From an uncultured delta proteobacterium (GTDB lineage: Bacteria > Desulfobacterota > Desulfomonilia > UBA1062), in NCBI GenBank assembly GCA_963785235.1, contig CAWAUM010000005.1, positions 1-64,000 on the forward strand: a stretch of 64,000 nt of DNA. Direction: 5' to 3'. The position numbers and the translations under genes were made by a program. Shown here in pieces: positions 27,010 to 38,700 of this stretch (the stretch's first letter is position 1; every line of letters starts with the position of its first letter). The notes under the pieces are model-generated. The model made no database searches. It had not been told where the DNA came from and was given only the letters and a program-made list of their open reading frames with translations.

Positions 27010-30000
27010 TTAAAGCAGTTTTTCTGCCAGTAGCTCGCTTTCCTGGCTCAGTGGGCACCCGAGATCGCTGATGATCTTATCCTTGCATCGCTCATAGGTC
27101 TTGAGCACCATGGGTTTGTTCCCGCTGAGTGCATAGAGGTTCATGAGGTTTTGATAGATTTCCTCGGCATAGGCATCAATATCCAGATAGCTATAACAAT
27201 ATTTTATGGCTGTCTCAATTTCTCTCTTGTGCATAAAGTACTCGACAATGCTGGCTAGGACAGAAAGGTACAGGGCCTTCACGCGATCGCGTTCCTGCAG
27301 GCACCATGGCTCATAAAGATCCTCTTCAAGGAAATCACCGGTATAAAGCCTGTCTGCCTCCAGGAGGAACCGTATGGACTGGATATCATCGAGGGTGCTG
27401 TCGGCCTTTTGGCAGGCCTCTTCAAAGGCCTCGATGTCTACAATGCCATCCTTGCCAAGGTCGAGCAGGTAGGTGTCCCCGTCACTCTTAAGATATGCCG
27501 ATGCCTGGCCTCGCTCGAGGTTAGGCTCAAGGACCCTGCGTAAGGTAGTAAGGGCGACGTGGAAACGTTTCGCTGTTTTGTCGGGGTCTTCTTCAGGCCA
27601 GAGATGCTCCATGAAAACCTCTTTGCTCACATAGCCATGCGAACGCAGATGCACAAGCAGTTTGAAGAGCATCTTTGCTTTCTTGCTTCTCCAGTGCTCG
27701 GTTGAAATTTCCTCTTTGCCTTTGAAAACCCGGAATCTTCCCAGGCAATTCACCCTCAGGCCTTGATGTATGGCTACCGGCATGGTCTTTAAGATCTCCG
27801 TGATGGCCCGTGAGATAGGCGCATCAACGAATTTTTGCATGGACATGAGGGCCTGCCGGGCATCATTGCCTACCACAGTGAAGATCTTTTTGATACAGTC
27901 CTGCATTACCCCTTGCGAGTAAAGCTCCAGGAGAAGGGGCATCAGCCAGCCCCAGTCAATGGCCGCCAATCGCTCATAATGATGGGCATCCACAAGAATA
28001 AGACTCTTGCGGCACCATGAAAGGGCTTTTTCCTTTTCGCCCCGGTGCCAGAACAGACGGGTATACAGCCGGGTAATCATCAATTCAAAAAGCCTTGAGT
28101 AGTGGAAAGAGGCCTGCGCCTCCCTGATAAGGACCTCTGCATCATCCAGATTGCCCTTGATAATCTGGATTTCAGCCAGCATCCCTTTTGCCGGTGCGGT
28201 GATATGCGGCATATCCAGACCTTTGGCTGCCTCGATGCATGCAAGGCCCATCTCACGAGCCAGGTCCAGCCTCCCCATGGGCAAGTAAATGCCTTCAAGG
28301 GTGAGAATAAGCATAAGCTTCACCAAAGGGAGAATGACAGGTCCTGAAAATGCTTCAAGCCTTCTTCTGCATAACCTATGGCCTCTTCAACTCTTCCCAG
28401 CCCGAAGGCATTGGAGCCTGCATGGCACAGGAGCCACCCGACACTGATATCACGAAAACCCTTTTCCCTGGAAATCGCCAATCCTTTGCAGGCCTCATCA
28501 AGTCCCATTGCAAAAGATCCCTGGTATAAACATGCCATGGAGCTGAGCTGAAAGCCCAAGGTCATCAGGCGATAGGACCCGATATGCTGAAGCCTTTCTT
28601 TGGCGGTTCTGGCCAGTTCAAATGCCTTGAGCTGATTGCCTGCGATAGAATGCCTGAACCCATGATAGATCATGAGCAAGGCATGGAGTGCATCCCTTAT
28701 TATGGGGTCTTCTATCTCCGGCATGAATTTGAGGGCATTTCCATAATGTGCATCCGATTCCTCAATTTTCCCGTATTGAGAAGTAATGAAGACCAGGTGG
28801 ATGAGGGCCTCCACACGCAGGATAGGGGTAATTGACGGGCTCTTGAGCAGTTCTTCAAAAATCTTCTCTGCCTGGTGGAAATCGCCGTTTAAGTAAAGGC
28901 CCATGGCCATGGTATTCAGACAGATATCGATCCCATGCTGATCTTGGGCAGCACTGAAGAGAGAGTATGCCTTCAGGAGTCCGTTCTTTGCCTCAAGAAC
29001 CCTCCCGGAGAATATATTGGCAATGGCGCGGAGGTATTCAATCCATGGGTGGGAATTAAAATAGGGCTCGGGGATCTTCTCCAGGTAGGCATTCATGAGC
29101 TCCAGCCTGCTTGAGCTTATCAGCGCTATCAGTATCCTTTCAAGTACGGTGCAGGCCTGCTCATAAGCACCTGCCATGAGGTAGTGATGAACAGCCGCTT
29201 CCTCATCTCCGCTTTCTTCCAGGATCCGGGCGGCATCTCTGTGTAAACCCTCTTTTTCCTGTGTCCCCCAGCTCACGATTGAGCGCGCCCTGCAGAAATT
29301 CCTGGAAGAGCTGGTGGTAGCAGTATTCCTGACCTTCTTCATCCAGGACAAAGGTGAAGAGGTGACTCTTCTGGAGATATCCCAGGATATCCGATGCATT
29401 CATGATCCCCAAGAGCTTGTTGCAGAATACTGCATTCAGGCGGGGGAGGATGGAGGTCTTCATAAGGAATTGTTTCAGCTCGGGCTGCAAACGGGCATAC
29501 ACGTTCTCAGCAAGGTAATCGGAGATGAGCCTTCTTGATCCTGTAAGCCTTTGCACCTCCAACTCGATATCCGCAAGATCTTTTTGCCTGATGGAATGGA
29601 AAAAGAGGATCAGTGCGCTGACCCAGCCGGATGTCTTGGCGTGGAGGATCTCAAGGGAGTCTTGACTGAGGGTGATCCCGAAGAGCTGGGCAAAGAACTG
29701 ACTGATCTCCTCGGAGGTGAAGAGGAGGTCTTCAGGATTGATGTCAAGCACCTCCCGCATGGTCCTTAATCGCGAGAGCTTCAGCGGTATTTCCGAACGG
29801 CTGATGAGGATCAGGTGTGCGGATGCGCAGAGGTGCTCGGTCAGAAGCTGTACCGCATCCCTGATCATGGGTGTTTCCTGCACACTTTGATAGTCATCGA
29901 GCACGATCATAATGTCTTTTTTGAGCTTGGTGTGGAGCTCATGGATAAAGAGCGTAATAATGCCCTTATATTCCAGGCTCAGGGTCTGGCCCTCCTCCAA

Positions 30001-30298
30001 ACGTTTGATGATCTCCTGTCCGAAGTCCGGGTAAATCCTTCGTACTCCCTCAATAAGGTGATGCATGAAGGTGGTGAGGTCTCGATCCAGGTTGTCCAGG
30101 CGGTACCATACCGTGTCATATCCCTGGACAGCTTGGGCGATAAAGGTGGTTTTCCCGTAACCGGCCCCGGCTGTTACGGTGATGATCTTTTTTTCGGGGG
30201 ATTTCAGACAAGAGCGGCTGGAGTTTGTCGCGGATAATGGTATCTGCTATACGGGGAGCCATGAGTTTTGAGTGAAGGATAGGAATGCCCTTTGCCAT
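27010..30298 (-). CDS. MalT-like STAND ATPase-TPR regulator with C-terminal wHTH/BTAD (SARP) domain; about three indels
   Basis: SKLMAPR..AGAGYGKTT, IVLDDYQ, TSGWVSAL, YHQLFQEFL, TPR-like helices, LGRFRV..LWPE and LYTGDFLEE..W BTAD. Joins ORFs 30116-30394, 29203-30066, 28320-29399 and 27010-28326. Confidence 0.85.
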
Positions 30299-30378
30299 AT
30301 TCTTTCTATGTATATCGGTACTTTTTATGTTAGTCGATGAGAATGTTACAGCTAAATCCGTCCTAAGGAAGGTAGCGC

Positions 30379-31449
30379 ATGAGAAAGGTTGCAATAACGC
30401 TCATACCCGGCGATGGCATTGGTATCGAAGTAACCAAGGAATGCAAAAGGATCTTAAGGCGGCTCGAAGAAATACATGGCGGCCTTGCTTTCATGACCAG
30501 AGAGCTCGAATGGGGATGCGGGTATTATTTGAAACACGCCCACATGATGCCCGACGATGGGCTGAAGATTCTCTCTGACTGCGATGTTATCCTGCTTGGC
30601 GCAGTGGGTTTCCCGGGCGTTCCTGACCACATATCAATTCAGAATCTGCTGCTTCCTATCCGGCAGGGATTCGACCAGTATATTAATTTCAGACCCATCA
30701 GACTCCTCGACGGACTGGATTCTCCTTTGAAGGTGAAATCTTCACACGATATCGATTTCGTGGTGGTTCGTGAGAACTCCGAAGGCGAGTATTGCGGCCA
30801 CGGATCATTCCTCAATGTTGGAACCCCTGATGAAGAAGCCGTTCAGGAGTCGCATTTTACCCTCAAGGGTGTTACCAGGGTCATCCGGTATGCCTTCGAG
30901 TATGCCCGGAAACATGGCCGCAAGAGTTTGATCAGCGCTACCAAGTCCAATGCGCTTAACTATTCAATGGTTTTCTGGGACAGGATTTTTGATGATGTGC
31001 GGAGAGGATATCAAGACATCGAATCGCGGGGCATGCATGTAGATGCCCTTGCCGGGCTTATGATCATGAGGCCGAAAGAACTGGACGTAGTGGTTGCAAG
31101 TAATCTTTTCGGTGACATCTTGACCGACCTCGGGTCTGCCATGCTCGGCAGCATCGGCATTTCGCCTTCGGCAAACATCAATCCTGAAAAGCGATTTCCC
31201 AGCATGTTCGAGCCCATTCATGGATCGGCGCCGGATATTGCAGGCAAGGGTATTGCAAATCCTGTAGGAATGATCTGGTCTATGGTATTGATGATGGAAC
31301 ACCTTGATCTGGCCGATATGGCAGGTCTGCTCATGAGGGCGCTTGAATCCGTTCTTGCAGCCAGAAAGGTGAGGACGCCGGATATGGGCGGTAAAAGCAC
31401 CACAGGCCAAGTGGTTGATGAGGTATGCAGGAGCCTGGGCTCCAGGTGA
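30379..31449 (+). CDS. Tartrate/D-malate/3-isopropylmalate dehydrogenase family
   Basis: PGDGIGIEV, RENSEGEY, ATKSN, NLFGDILTDL and FEPIHGSAPDIAGKG. Confidence 0.9.
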   Translation: MRKVAITLIPGDGIGIEVTKECKRILRRLEEIHGGLAFMTRELEWGCGYYLKHAHMMPDDGLKILSDCDVILLGAVGFPGVPDHISIQNLLLPIRQGFDQYINFRPIRLLDGLDSPLKVKSSHDIDFVVVRENSEGEYCGHGSFLNVGTPDEEAVQESHFTLKGVTRVIRYAFEYARKHGRKSLISATKSNALNYSMVFWDRIFDDVRRGYQDIESRGMHVDALAGLMIMRPKELDVVVASNLFGDILTDLGSAMLGSIGISPSANINPEKRFPSMFEPIHGSAPDIAGKGIANPVGMIWSMVLMMEHLDLADMAGLLMRALESVLAARKVRTPDMGGKSTTGQVVDEVCRSLGSR

Positions 31450-31602
31450 TGGGGTATAGGCGGCGTGCAGCAATGAGTTATCTTTTATGATCTTAATCTT
31501 GCGCGGCAAGCCCAGGGATTTTCTCAACTTCAATAGAATCCTTGTGTGCCAAGACGCTTTTTTGATAAAAGGCTCGTACGAGCTTTGCAACAGGAGACTT
31601 CT

Positions 31603-32802
31603 ATGCTGAGAGATATTCATTTACAGAGATATGCACAGGTTCTCATCTGGGGTTTGAATACCGCAAGGATGGAAAGATTCAAAAAGGGCGATATCGTACT
31701 TATCCAATATGATATGAATGCCTTGCCTCTGGCAGAGGTTGTCTACACCCTCTTGATCGAAATGGGACTGAACCCGGTGCAACGCACTTCCTCTTCCCCG
31801 AGAATGGAGCATGACTATTATAGTTTCTCAAACACGAAACAGCTTGTTTTTAAAAAACCTTGGGATGAAGAACTTTTCAAGGCTATCCATGGCAGCATTT
31901 CACTGCGAGCACCGGCTTCAATAACTCACCTTTGTGATGTAAGACCTGAGAAGATCGGCAAGGCGGCAGTAGCCCGCAAGTATCTGAACGATATCCTTGA
32001 TAGACGAGAGGCGCAGGGAAAGTTCGGCTGGACCTTGTGTGTCTACCCTACTAACGAGCTTGCCAGGCATGCAGGACTGAGCGAGGAAGAGTACTCCGAG
32101 CAGATTATCAATGCCTGTTTCCTGAAGAAAGCTGACCCGGTAGGTTGTTGGAAGAACATCTATAACGATGCCCAGTCTATTAAGAAATGGCTGAACAGTA
32201 TGAAAGTCATCAGATATAGTATCGAATCAGAACATGTGGATCTCAAGGTGACCCCTGGGTTGAAGAGAAAATGGGTTGGTATTTCGGGGCATAATATTCC
32301 AAGCTTCGAGTTATTCCTTTCGCCTGATTGGCGGGGCACCGAAGGTACCTTTTATGCCGACCAGCCGACATACCGCAGTGGAAATTATGTGAAAGGGATA
32401 CACCTCTTTTTCAAGGCGGGTTCCGTTGAGCGTGCCTCTGCGGAGCAAGGGGAGGAGTTTCTCAAAAAGCAGATTGCCATGGACAATGGTGCCAGCAAGT
32501 TAGGCGAGTTTTCTCTTACGGACAAGAGGTTTTCCAAGATAAGCACCTTCATGGCAAACACCCTTTATGATGAGAACTATGGCGGTAAGAGCGGGAATTG
32601 TCATGTTGCCCTGGGGGCATCATACTCCGATACCTTTGATGGTGATGCTGCAGAGCTTACGCCGGATAAGAAGAAAGTGCTGGGGTTCAACGACTCCGCC
32701 CTGCACTGGGATCTGGTAAATACCGAGAGAAAGAGGGTGAAGGCTCAGCTGGCTAATGGAAAGCTTGTTACCATCTATGAAGATGGTAAATTTGCCTTTT
32801 GA
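31603..32802 (+). CDS. Aminopeptidase, M29 (AmpS/PepS) family
   Basis: NIPSFELF, LGEFSL, LYDEN, HVALGASY and SALHWD motifs; ATG after a CAGGAG RBS. Confidence 0.88.
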   Translation: MLRDIHLQRYAQVLIWGLNTARMERFKKGDIVLIQYDMNALPLAEVVYTLLIEMGLNPVQRTSSSPRMEHDYYSFSNTKQLVFKKPWDEELFKAIHGSISLRAPASITHLCDVRPEKIGKAAVARKYLNDILDRREAQGKFGWTLCVYPTNELARHAGLSEEEYSEQIINACFLKKADPVGCWKNIYNDAQSIKKWLNSMKVIRYSIESEHVDLKVTPGLKRKWVGISGHNIPSFELFLSPDWRGTEGTFYADQPTYRSGNYVKGIHLFFKAGSVERASAEQGEEFLKKQIAMDNGASKLGEFSLTDKRFSKISTFMANTLYDENYGGKSGNCHVALGASYSDTFDGDAAELTPDKKKVLGFNDSALHWDLVNTERKRVKAQLANGKLVTIYEDGKFAF

Positions 32803-32829
32803 GATTAAAATGAAAATGTATTAAAGTAT

Positions 32830-32946
32830 GACACAATTGCAAAACTAAAAAAGGTGACACCCGCGAAAGCGGATGTCCGGAAGCTGTTGATAACTCGATT
32901 AGAAGCTTCCGCGGCAATGACAATCTGGAATTTTTGCAATTGGCTC
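32830..32946 (+). mobile_element. MITE-like element (degenerate copy)
   Basis: Ends GACACAATTGCAAAA ... TTTTGCAATTGGCTC enclosing CCCGCGAAAGCGG...GCTTCCGCGGCAATGAC. Confidence 0.7.
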
Positions 32947-33105
32947 GCATGTTATTAAATTTATTGTGATGGGGTTGGCACTTAATCTGTATTAAAAAAA
33001 AGTAATTGAGAGGTTGATTATACTATCTTATTATAATCATTTCAATTATATAGCGAGTTGAAAATATTAATTTATTTATGATAATATTCTCTCAAAGAGC
33101 AGGGT

Positions 33106-34416
33106 ATGAGCGAAAAAAAAGATAATAGTAATTTAAAGAAGAGGGTGGCTGAGCTCGAATTGTTAGCGTCTGAGAGTGAGGCTGCAGAGGTTGACCTGCG
33201 TGAGACTGCAGAAAAGTACCAGATCCATTTTTCTTTGGCTAATGATGTTATATACACAACTGACGAAACTTTTGTTGTGCAGTCAGTTTCGCCAAGTGTG
33301 GAGCGTGCCCTTGGATACAAGCCTGAAGAACTTGTGGGTAGATCATTTGCGGAACTGAATATAATTACACCCGAATACCTTGACAAGGCCGTAAAAGAGA
33401 GCTTGATGGTACTCTCAGGAGAGAGAATCATCTCTTCTACCTATCAGTTTATCACAAAAGACGGGGCAATAAGGTTTGGAGAGGTCAGTGGTGTTCCCTT
33501 TATGCGGGATGGAAAAGCCCGGGCAGTCATCTCTGTGGCCAGAGACATCACAGAGCGCATAGAAATGGAAAAGTCCTTACGCGAGAGCGAAGAGAGGTTT
33601 CGTACAATCTTCGAGTCAGCCCAGGATTGCATCTACATCAAAAATCTCAACCATGAATATGTCTTTGTAAATCCCTGTATAGAGAAGTTGTTCGGAGTAT
33701 CTTCCAGGGATATCCTGGGAAAAAAGAATGAGGAACTCTGTCTGAGGGATGTGGAACCGGACATCAGAGAGAATGATAGAAAGGTTCTGGATGGAGATAT
33801 TGTGGAGGGAGAGTACTCAAGGGTTATCAATGGTTCGCTCCTGACCTTTAATTTCATCAAGACACCCATACGTGACAGTTCCGGTAATGTTACAGGATTA
33901 TGCGGCATAGCCAGGGACATCACCGAGCGCAAGCGCTTCGAAGAACAGCTTCTTGCAAAGGAGAGGGAGTTGGCCCAACAGGCCCGTTACCTCGAAGAAA
34001 TGAATATTACTCTGAATGTTTTGCTCGATTCGAGAGAGAAAGAAAAGAAGCAGGCACAGGAGGCTGTTGTGTCCAGGGTACGAAAGATTATTTACCCGTA
34101 TCTGGAAAAGATTGAATCAAGTGATCTTGATGACGAAAATCGGATCTATCTCAGTATTGTCAAGGCTAACCTTGATGAACTCCTCTCTCCTTATACCAAT
34201 CCTCTTTCCCAGCATTATCTTAATTTTACCCCCATGGAAATGAGGATAGCCGACCTTATCAGGCAAGGGAAGACTACCAAGGAAATCTCAACAATGCTTA
34301 AGGTATCAGCCTTTGCAATATCATTTCACCGGAGTAATATAAGGAAAAAGTGTGGGCTGCTCAAGGCCAAGAAGAATCTCAGTGCATACTTGAATACTAT
34401 CGAGCAAGGGTTGTAA
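33106..34416 (+). CDS. PAS-PAS-LuxR(HTH) transcriptional regulator
   Basis: Two PAS/PAC domains ending RDITER; FTPMEMRIADLIRQGKTTKEIS..HRSNIRKK. Confidence 0.9.
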   Translation: MSEKKDNSNLKKRVAELELLASESEAAEVDLRETAEKYQIHFSLANDVIYTTDETFVVQSVSPSVERALGYKPEELVGRSFAELNIITPEYLDKAVKESLMVLSGERIISSTYQFITKDGAIRFGEVSGVPFMRDGKARAVISVARDITERIEMEKSLRESEERFRTIFESAQDCIYIKNLNHEYVFVNPCIEKLFGVSSRDILGKKNEELCLRDVEPDIRENDRKVLDGDIVEGEYSRVINGSLLTFNFIKTPIRDSSGNVTGLCGIARDITERKRFEEQLLAKERELAQQARYLEEMNITLNVLLDSREKEKKQAQEAVVSRVRKIIYPYLEKIESSDLDDENRIYLSIVKANLDELLSPYTNPLSQHYLNFTPMEMRIADLIRQGKTTKEISTMLKVSAFAISFHRSNIRKKCGLLKAKKNLSAYLNTIEQGL

Positions 34417-34420
34417 TTAT

Positions 34421-34460
34421 TGCTAGGATAAACCTAGCATTCAACTATGTAATTTTTAGC
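34421..34460. promoter_or_regulatory. Candidate LuxR-type boxes
   Basis: Perfect TGCTAGG-N5-CCTAGCA at 34421-34439, followed by a degenerate copy. Confidence 0.45.
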
Positions 34461-34529
34461 ATTTAAATTTATTCAAAATTCTGGCATTATTTATGTGTTA
34501 TGTAAAGGAGGGTATAGATTTTGATTTTT

Positions 34530-34576
34530 GGCTTCATTGTCCGGCCCCCATGCAGGGACAATGAAGTCTTTTTTTT
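34530..34576 (+). terminator. Intrinsic terminator (possible 3' end of a small RNA)
   Basis: GGCTTCATTGTCC...GGACAATGAAGTC followed by T8. Confidence 0.8.
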
Positions 34577-34883
34577 ATTTCAAGACCTGTGACAGTAAGT
34601 TTTGTTAACTTTTTATTGTTGTTGCCACTTTAATAAGGAAGAAATCCATCTAATTACCGTTTCGATTTCCACCGGGGTCTTCGCATGAACAGGTTGTTTT
34701 AAAAATCCATAGCCGCATTCTTGAATGATTTTTAAAGATATCATCGCCATAGAGCCTTTAAACTGAATGAAACATGAACCACAATTCAGTTTATTCTTGA
34801 TGCCCGTATGACTGTATGATAAGGAAATATGCTCGAAAGAGACACAAGAATAATAAGACTTCATACGCGATAGGGGGTAAACC

Positions 34884-35390
34884 GTGGCAGCGATCGATAA
34901 TACCCAGGCAGACGCGGGGTTGGCGGAGTTCACCTCTGAACAACTTGCGCAGGTTGACAAAATCATTACGGATCACAAAGGGAAACCAGGCGCCCTGATC
35001 CCTGTTCTCGAGCAGGTTCAGGATGTGACCGGATTTCTTCCCATGGCCATCCAGATGAGGGTGGCTGACGGACTGAGTCTCCCCGTGGCAAACGTGTTCG
35101 GTGTGGTCACCTTCTACTCCTTTTTCACCATGATCCCCAGAGGCAAGCATGTTATCCGCGTATGCCTCGGTACAGCCTGTTACGTAAGAGGCGGACAGAG
35201 GGTTCTGGACAGGGTGGGTGAAATCCTCAAGATTGCCCCAGGTGAATGCACGGCAGACAGGAATTTCTCCCTGGAGACAGTGCGGTGCCTCGGTGCATGC
35301 GGCCTTGCTCCGGTGGTGGTTGTTGATGCCGACACACACGGTCAGGTAAAACCGGCCAAACTCGAGCAGACGCTCGCGAAGTATAACTAG
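34884..35390 (+). CDS. hydC: Multimeric [FeFe]-hydrogenase NuoE-like [2Fe-2S] subunit (HydC/HndA)
   Basis: VVTFYSFF, CLGTAC and CLGACGLAP motifs. Confidence 0.93.
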   Translation: MAAIDNTQADAGLAEFTSEQLAQVDKIITDHKGKPGALIPVLEQVQDVTGFLPMAIQMRVADGLSLPVANVFGVVTFYSFFTMIPRGKHVIRVCLGTACYVRGGQRVLDRVGEILKIAPGECTADRNFSLETVRCLGACGLAPVVVVDADTHGQVKPAKLEQTLAKYN

Positions 35391-35400
35391 GAGGGGCCCT

Positions 35401-35799
35401 ATGGCGAAGCTGACGATTGATGATCTGAAAAAGATTAAAAACAGGGTGGAGAAAGAAGACCAGTTCAGGTCCGGCACAAAGCGCATCAAGCTCACCGTGC
35501 ACATGGGTACCTGCGGTATCGCTTCCGGCGCCAAGGAGATCCTTGATACCTTCATGAGCGAGATCAGTGAGAACAATCTGAACGATGTCCTCATCACCAC
35601 CTCGGGTTGCATCGGCATCTGCAGCAGGGAGCCTCTGGCCACCGTAGAGGAGCAGGGCAAGGAAGCGATCGTCTATGAATATCTAACCTCGAACAAGGCC
35701 AGGCAGATCTTTAAACGCCACGTCATGAACGGCGAGGTACAGATGGACTTTGTCATGGCAAGAGGTACGGAACACGAAAAGAAGGGGGGGCGTAAATGA
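35401..35799 (+). CDS. Thioredoxin-like [2Fe-2S] subunit (HndB/HydD-like)
   Basis: HMGTCGIASGA..SGCIGICSREP. Confidence 0.88.
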   Translation: MAKLTIDDLKKIKNRVEKEDQFRSGTKRIKLTVHMGTCGIASGAKEILDTFMSEISENNLNDVLITTSGCIGICSREPLATVEEQGKEAIVYEYLTSNKARQIFKRHVMNGEVQMDFVMARGTEHEKKGGRK

Positions 35800-38700
35800 A
35801 GGTCTTTCGAGCACATATACTTGTCTGCGGCGGTACAGGGTGCCATGCCACAGGCAGTGGAGAAGTACATAAAGCTATTGTACAGGAACTGGCTGCAAAG
35901 AATCTCGCCGGCGAAGTAACCGTGGTGGAAACCGGGTGTAACGGATTCTGTGCTGCAGGCCCCATTGTGGTCATGTATCCGGAAGGGACCTTCTACCAGT
36001 ACGTGAAGGCCCAAGATGTCCCCGAGATCATCGAGGAACACATTGTCAAGGGCAGGCCTGTCAAAAGGCTCATGTACAAAGAGCCCACAACAGAAGCGCC
36101 CATTCCCCACATGCTGGATATCCCGTTCTTCGGCAAGCAGAAGCTCATTGTCCTGAAGAACAGGGGATTGATCGACGCGGAAAAGATCGACGAATACATC
36201 GCCCGTGACGGCTATATGGCAGCTGCCAAGGCCCTGACCGAGATGAACAGGGACCAGGTCATCGACGAGGTGAAAAAATCAGGTCTTCGCGGCCGTGGAG
36301 GCGGCGGTTTCCCAACCGGTATGAAGTGGTCCTTTGCCAGCAAGGCCGCCAGCGATGTCAAATATATCCTGTGCAACGCCGACGAGGGCGACCCGGGTGC
36401 ATTCATGGACCGGTCAGTCCTTGAGGCCGACCCGCATGCAGTGCTCGAAGGCATGATCATCGGCGGCTATGCCATCGGCGCCAATGAAGGCTACATCTAT
36501 TGCAGGGCCGAGTATCCGCTGGCCATCAAGAGACTCTACATAGCCATCGACCAGGCCAAGGAATACGGTCTGCTCGGGCAGAATATCCTGGGAACAGACT
36601 ACAGCCTGAACATCCACGTATACCAGGGCGCAGGCGCGTTTGTGTGCGGCGAAGAGACCGCACTCATGAACTCCATCGAGGGCAAGCGCGGCATGCCGCG
36701 GCCCCGTCCTCCGTTCCCGGCGAGCAAAGGCCTGTGGCAGAAGCCATCGGTCCTGAACAACGTTGAGACCTTTGCAAACATCGCGCAGATCATCCTAAAC
36801 GGTGGCGAGTGGTACGCCTCCATGGGTACCGAGCGTTCCAAGGGCACCAAGGTGTTCGCACTTACCGGAGCAGTCAACAATGTCGGTCTGGTTGAAGTTC
36901 CCATGGGCACGGCAATCGGCGACATCATCTTTGACATCGGCGGCGGCATCAGGAACGACAAGCAGTACAAGGCCGCCCAGCTCGGCGGTCCGTCCGGCGG
37001 CTGTATCCCGGCCGAGGCACTGAACACCCCCACCGATTACGAAGAAATCATCAAACTGGGCGCCATCATGGGTTCCGGCGGTCTTATCGTCATGGACGAG
37101 GACACCTGCATGGTGGACACGGCCAAGTTCTTCATGGAATTCTGCCAGGAAGAGTCCTGCGGCAAGTGCACGCCGTGCCGCGAAGGCACCAAGCGCATGC
37201 TTGAGATCCTCCAGAGGATATGCCACGGCCAGGGCAAGGAAGGCGACATCGAGCTCCTGGAAGATCTGGCAGGCGTCATTAAAGACTCCGCTCTGTGCGG
37301 TCTCGGCCAGACAGCCCCGAACCCGGTCCTGTCCACCATTAAGTATTTCAGGCACGAGTACGAGGCCCATATCTATGACAAGAGGTGCCCGGCAGTTGTC
37401 TGCTCGAAACTGTTCAAGTCACCATGCCAGCATGCATGCCCCATCGAGATGGATGTGCCCGCATACATCGCTCTCATAAGGGCAGGCAGGATGGCAGATG
37501 CATTCAAGGTTATGAAAAAGACCAACCCCTTCCCCGGCGTATGCGGCAGGGTCTGCCCGCAGTTCTGCTCAAACAAGTGCCGCAGGGGTCAGCTCGATGA
37601 GCCCATGGCCATTGCATGGCTCAAACGCTATATCTCGGACAACGCCAAGAGACCCAAGGTCGATGCGGCCCCGGTTACCCGCAAAGAGAAGATCGCGGTC
37701 ATCGGTGCTGGGCCTGCAGGACTCACCGCTGCCCAGGATCTGGCGCTCAGGGGTTACAAGGTAACCGTGTTCGAGGAACTGCCCTTTGCAGGCGGCATGA
37801 TGCGTTATGCCATCCCCGAATACCGCATGCCCAGGGACATCGTGGAGCAGGAAGTAGCCGACATCCAGGCTCTCGGTGTCGATATAAGGACCAATACCAG
37901 GGTAGGCAGGGACATCAGCTTTGAACAGGTCCGTAAGGACTTCGACATAACCATTGTCACAGTCGGTGCGCACAAGAGCACAAAGCTGGGCATCGAGGGC
38001 GAAGAACTCACCGGTGTCTGGGGAGCGGTGGAATTCCTCCGCGAGGTCAACCTGGGCAAAAAGGTGAGCATTGGTTCGAAGGTAGCCATCGTAGGCGGCG
38101 GCAACTCCGCCATCGACGCGGCCCGTACGGCTATCCGCCTTGGCGCCAAGGACGTCACCATCCTCTACCGCCGCGAGCGCAAGGACATGCCCGCATGGGA
38201 GAACGAGATTGTGGCAGCCGAGCATGAAGGCGTCAAGATCATGTACCTGGTTGCACCGACCAAACTCATCGGCAAGGGCGACAAACTCGCCGGTGTCGAG
38301 TGCCAGCGCATGAAGCTGGGCGAGTTCGACCGTTCCGGCAGGCGCAAACCCACAGCCATTGCCGGCAGCGAGTTCGTGCTTTCCATAGACACCATAGTCC
38401 CGGCCATTTCCCAGAGCACCGATGCATCGTTCATCGCTGCGGGTTCGGATGTGAGCCTTGACAAGTGGGGTGGAGTAAAGGCTACTGGCAAGGCAAAGAA
38501 CAAGACCACGGCAGAGAACGTATTCATAGCAGGCGATGCGGCAAGCGGACCGGCCACCGTTGTGGAGGCCATTGCCATGGGCCACACGACTGCTGCCGAC
38601 GTTGACGCTTTCATCCGCGCCAGGAACAGCGAACCTGCCTACAGTATACCGGCCCGAGGAAGTCATCGAGATCCCCTTCGAGGTGGATGAGGAGGTCATC

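Noticed and set aside
32976-34497. sigma54-like TGGCA sites at about 32977 and 34482
   Set aside because: Both have GT instead of the conserved GC at -12, so they are not supportable.
34613-34790. Minus-strand fragment with YGFLKQP, weakly like a receiver-domain end
   Set aside because: It is too short and degenerate to support a pseudogene call.
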